From contig CAYNTF010000001.1 in NCBI GenBank assembly GCA_964400145.1, forward strand, positions 127,943 through 191,942: a stretch of DNA of 64,000 bases, read 5' to 3'. Of the stretch, positions 60,900 through 64,000 are shown one piece after another (the first letter of the stretch is position 1; every line of letters starts with the position of its first letter). The notes below the pieces were generated by a model. The model did not search any database and was not told where the DNA came from. It worked only from the letters and a program-made list of their open reading frames with translations. The position numbers and the translations under genes were made by a program. Origin of the DNA: an uncultured Lachnospiraceae bacterium. GTDB lineage: Bacteria; Bacillota; Clostridia; Christensenellales; UBA1242.

Positions 60900-61862
60900 T
60901 CAAAGTGCAAAAATCCAAAACGCAATCAAAATGTATGGTGCGATATAGATGTAACTGTCAATTCGGTCAAGCATACCCCCATGACCCGGCAAAATTGTTC
61001 CGCTGTCCGAAACATCCGCTCTGCGCTTGATGATGCTTTCGAACAGGTCGCCCGCCTGTGCGATGCAAGAGCCAAAAAGCACAATCAGAAGATACGCCCA
61101 AATTGGAAAGATTTCAATAAACGGTTGAAAACTTTCAATGCAACCAAAGATGAGATAGATGCAAACTGCAAAAAGCACGCACCAAAGCGTTCCGCCAACT
61201 GAACCCGAAATGGTCTTGTTTGGGCTGATTTTTGGGCACAATTTTTTCCCACCAATCAGCGAACCCGTGAGCATGGCAAAGGTGTCGGTTATCATCGGAA
61301 TCAAAATGGCTGTCAGTATGATGAACACGCTTATGTTTGTGTCAAGGTCCGTCGTTTTTGACAGAGGAAGAATGTTGAAATGATTGATAAACAAGAAGCA
61401 AAGGAAAAGGAAGGAAGGATAGATGAAAACTATCGCCGTATGCAATGCTTTTTTCAAAGAAAACTTTGCAACGGATATGTTTTTAATTCCGCGCACAGTG
61501 ATTTCGTTGAGAGTTCTCTTTCTTCGTATAAGTGACCACAAGAAGAGCAGGCAGGCAACCAAAACAATAAGAGCGATGTCGATAAGCATGCTGTAAAGCA
61601 CCCACAATTCGTCCGAAAAGACATCAACAAGGTATAATCCCACAAGATTGACCGCCAAAAGAAGTGTTGGGAAAGCCACGGCAACGAATGTGAAGTTATA
61701 TCGTCCAAATTTTGTCAATAATCTTGACATTTCGTATGCTGCAAAGCAGGCAACTATAACAAAGAACGCGTCAAAAAAGTAGTCACTCACATAGACTTTC
61801 AACACAAAGAGCAGTGCCAAAACAATGACAATCGCAACGGATGTAAAAATTCTCTTTTTCAT
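60900..61862 (-). CDS. cdsA: Phosphatidate cytidylyltransferase
   Basis: TDTFA, ISPNKT, GDLFESIIKR, PGHGGMLDRID. Confidence 0.93.
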   Translation of the reverse strand: MKKRIFTSVAIVIVLALLFVLKVYVSDYFFDAFFVIVACFAAYEMSRLLTKFGRYNFTFVAVAFPTLLLAVNLVGLYLVDVFSDELWVLYSMLIDIALIVLVACLLFLWSLIRRKRTLNEITVRGIKNISVAKFSLKKALHTAIVFIYPSFLFLCFLFINHFNILPLSKTTDLDTNISVFIILTAILIPMITDTFAMLTGSLIGGKKLCPKISPNKTISGSVGGTLWCVLFAVCIYLIFGCIESFQPFIEIFPIWAYLLIVLFGSCIAQAGDLFESIIKRRADVSDSGTILPGHGGMLDRIDSYIYIAPYILIAFWIFAL

Positions 61863-61866
61863 TATT

Positions 61867-62568
61867 TTATTTTCCTCCAAATCTTCTGTTTCGTTTTGAA
61901 AATTCTTCAATCGCCCGCATAAGTTCTTTGCGGTTAAAATCTGGCCAACACACAGGCGTGAAGTAGAGTTCGCTGTATGCTGATTGATAGAGCATAAAGT
62001 TCGACAACCTAATCTCGCCACTTGTGCGAATCAAAAGGTCGATGTCGGTTGGGCAATATAAATGTTCTTGCAAACTCTCTTCCGTCACTTTTTCGCCCTT
62101 TTTGACCAACTCGTTGACAGCATGAACGATGTCCGCACGCCCGCCATAATTGAGTGCCAAATTGACCACAAGTCCGGTGTTGTTCTCTGTTTCTTTGACC
62201 ACTTGAACGATAGATTTTTGAAGGTCACTTGGAAATCTTGAAATATCCCCCATGACAACAACTTTTATGTTTTTATTTTTATAGTCTTCTTCATTTTCAA
62301 CAATCAAATTCTCGACAAGTTCAAAAATATAGTCAATTTCTTTTTGTTCACGCTTCCAATTTTCAGTTGAAAAAGCAAAAAACGAAGCGTATTTAACCCC
62401 CTCAATTTTTTCCAAGTCAAGCACAATATTTTTCAGTGCAATCGCGCCCTGTTTATGCCCCAACATTTTGTTCAGCCCGTGCTTTTTTGCCCATCGACGA
62501 TTTCCGTCCATGATGAAAGCAATGTGCGTTGGAATTGTCAATTCTTTGCTTTTTCTTTTTATAAACAT
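61867..62568 (-). CDS. uppS: Undecaprenyl diphosphate synthase
   Basis: HIAFIMDGNRRWA, FSTENW, NYGGR, IRTSGEIRLSNF. Confidence 0.96.
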   Translation of the reverse strand: MFIKRKSKELTIPTHIAFIMDGNRRWAKKHGLNKMLGHKQGAIALKNIVLDLEKIEGVKYASFFAFSTENWKREQKEIDYIFELVENLIVENEEDYKNKNIKVVVMGDISRFPSDLQKSIVQVVKETENNTGLVVNLALNYGGRADIVHAVNELVKKGEKVTEESLQEHLYCPTDIDLLIRTSGEIRLSNFMLYQSAYSELYFTPVCWPDFNRKELMRAIEEFSKRNRRFGGK

Positions 62569-62623
62569 ATACCGCCCTTTTCATATTTCATATAGTTCAG
62601 TTGTGCAGCAGAATTATAAGGCA

Positions 62624-63190
62624 TCACACCGTCATAATCTCTTCTTCTTTGTTCTCAGAAAGAGTGTCTGCTTTTTCAACATATTTATCAATCAGTTTTT
62701 GCACTTCTTTTTCGTCAGCAGAAAACTCGTCTTCAGAAATTTCACCGTCTTTTTTCAGGTCTTTAAGCATGTCAAGTGCGTCACGACGCGCACCGCGCAT
62801 GGCAACTTTGGTTTCTTCGCAAATCTTTTTGACATTCTTGACAATTTCCCTTCGTCTTTCTTCTGTCAGTTGCGGAAAAACAAGCCTAATCGTCTTTCCA
62901 TCGTCGGTCGGAGTTATTCCGATATCCGCCTGCGAGATTGCTTTTTCAACATTTTTGAGTTGTGAAGCATCCCAAACACTGATGTTCAAAATTCTTGCCT
63001 CAGAAACAGTGATTGTTGCCATTTGAACAATCGGCGTTGGCATGCCGTAATAGTCCACCATAATCTTGTCCAAGATGTGTGGATTTGCCCTGCCCGCTCT
63101 GATAACAAGATATTCATTTTGCTGGTGCAAATATGCTTTTTCCAAATCTTCTTTAAGACTTTGAAAAATATCATCAACCATTTCGCTCAT
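62624..63190 (-). CDS. frr: Ribosome recycling factor
   Basis: IRAGRAN, VDYYG, PQLTEERR, ISED; own promoter TTGCAA-N18-TACAAT. Confidence 0.96.
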   Translation of the reverse strand: MSEMVDDIFQSLKEDLEKAYLHQQNEYLVIRAGRANPHILDKIMVDYYGMPTPIVQMATITVSEARILNISVWDASQLKNVEKAISQADIGITPTDDGKTIRLVFPQLTEERRREIVKNVKKICEETKVAMRGARRDALDMLKDLKKDGEISEDEFSADEKEVQKLIDKYVEKADTLSENKEEEIMTV

Positions 63191-63279
63191 AATTTTCTCC
63201 TTGTTTTGTCTTTTTCTTCTTACAATAATAGATTGTAGCATACTTTAAAAGCATTTTGCAAACAATTTTGCATAAAAAG

Positions 63280-63314
63280 AAAAACGACTGAATTTTTATG
63301 TCAGTCGTTTTTTT
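63280..63314 (-). terminator. tsf terminator
   Basis: AAAAACGACTGA-loop-TCAGTCGTTTTT. Confidence 0.85.
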
Positions 63315-63317
63315 GTC

Positions 63318-63971
63318 TTATTTTCCTGCCATTTGTTTTGCAACTTCTTCTGCCAAATTGTCCACGCGTTTTTCCAAGCCTTCGCCAAGTTCATAGCGAA
63401 CAAAACGACGAACTGAAATCTTCTCCCCAATTTTGAGAGTTGCTTCTGTGAGCAAATCTTTGATTGTGAGGTCTGGATTTTTAACAAAATGTTGATTGAG
63501 AAGGCAGACATCTTCATAGAATTTCTTAACTCTTCCTTCCACCATTTTTTCAATGATTTTTTCTGGTTTGCCTTCATTCTTAGCCTGAGCGCGAAGAATG
63601 TTCTTCTCGTTTTCAAGTTCAGCAGGGTCAACATCTGTTTCGCTGACATATTTTGGATTTGCGGCAGCGATATGCATTGCAATATCCTTAACCAAAGTCA
63701 CAAAATCTTCACTTTTTGCAACAAAGTCGGTTTCGCAGTTAACTTCCACCAAAACACCAATCTTTCCACCCATGTGGATGTATGATTGAACAAGCCCTTC
63801 GCTTGCAATTCTTCCTTGTTTTTTATCAACCGCTTTCAAGCCTCTTTCTCTCAAAAGAACGATGGCTTTTTCAAAATCTCCGTTGGCATCTGTGAGTGCC
63901 TTTTTGCATTCCATCATACCAACCCCTGTTTGCGCTCTCAATTTTGCGACATCTTGTGCAGTAAAGTTCAT
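63318..63971 (-). CDS. tsf: Elongation factor Ts (short form)
   Basis: [37 protein letters not shown]. Confidence 0.97.
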   Translation of the reverse strand: MNFTAQDVAKLRAQTGVGMMECKKALTDANGDFEKAIVLLRERGLKAVDKKQGRIASEGLVQSYIHMGGKIGVLVEVNCETDFVAKSEDFVTLVKDIAMHIAAANPKYVSETDVDPAELENEKNILRAQAKNEGKPEKIIEKMVEGRVKKFYEDVCLLNQHFVKNPDLTIKDLLTEATLKIGEKISVRRFVRYELGEGLEKRVDNLAEEVAKQMAGK

Positions 63972-64000
63972 AATAAATCTCCTTTTTCAAATAAATTCAT

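Noticed and set aside
1-64000. tRNA, rRNA, IS elements, reverse transcriptase or defence systems
   Set aside because: None recognised by eye; a tRNAscan/Infernal/DefenseFinder run would be needed to exclude them formally

Overview
Low-GC Firmicutes (Clostridia-like, probably a streamlined spore-former) chromosome segment, with most genes on the minus strand. It is mainly housekeeping: thiI/iscS, pheST with a Phe T-box, polA-ruvX, rarA, serS, trxB, rplS, the lepA-hemW-ylxM-ffh-rpsP-rimM-trmD-rbgA cluster, efp, the rimP-nusA-infB-rbfA-truB operon and tsf-frr-uppS-cdsA-rseP. The stand-out feature is an intact but split phage head/packaging module at about 15.1-32.6 kb. It comprises a small terminase lacking its N-terminal DNA-binding helix-turn-helix, a portal, scaffold, major capsid, podovirus-type adaptor and nozzle, and two holins, with the large terminase and a RinA/ArpU-like activator 7-10 kb away. 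The pieces are interleaved with ordinary, partly sporulation-type host genes, and there is no integrase, replication or repressor gene in the window. This looks like a domesticated, gene-transfer-agent (GTA)-like system. Other notable items: a four-copy dispersed palindromic repeat made of paired NrdR-box-like 16-mers at an exact 31-bp period, a PolC reduced to N-term/OB/exonuclease, a catalytically degenerate thymidine kinase fusion, an unannotated 47-aa basic protein behind a forespore-sigma-like promoter, and several leaderless genes. All family calls come from motif recognition by eye; no searches were run.
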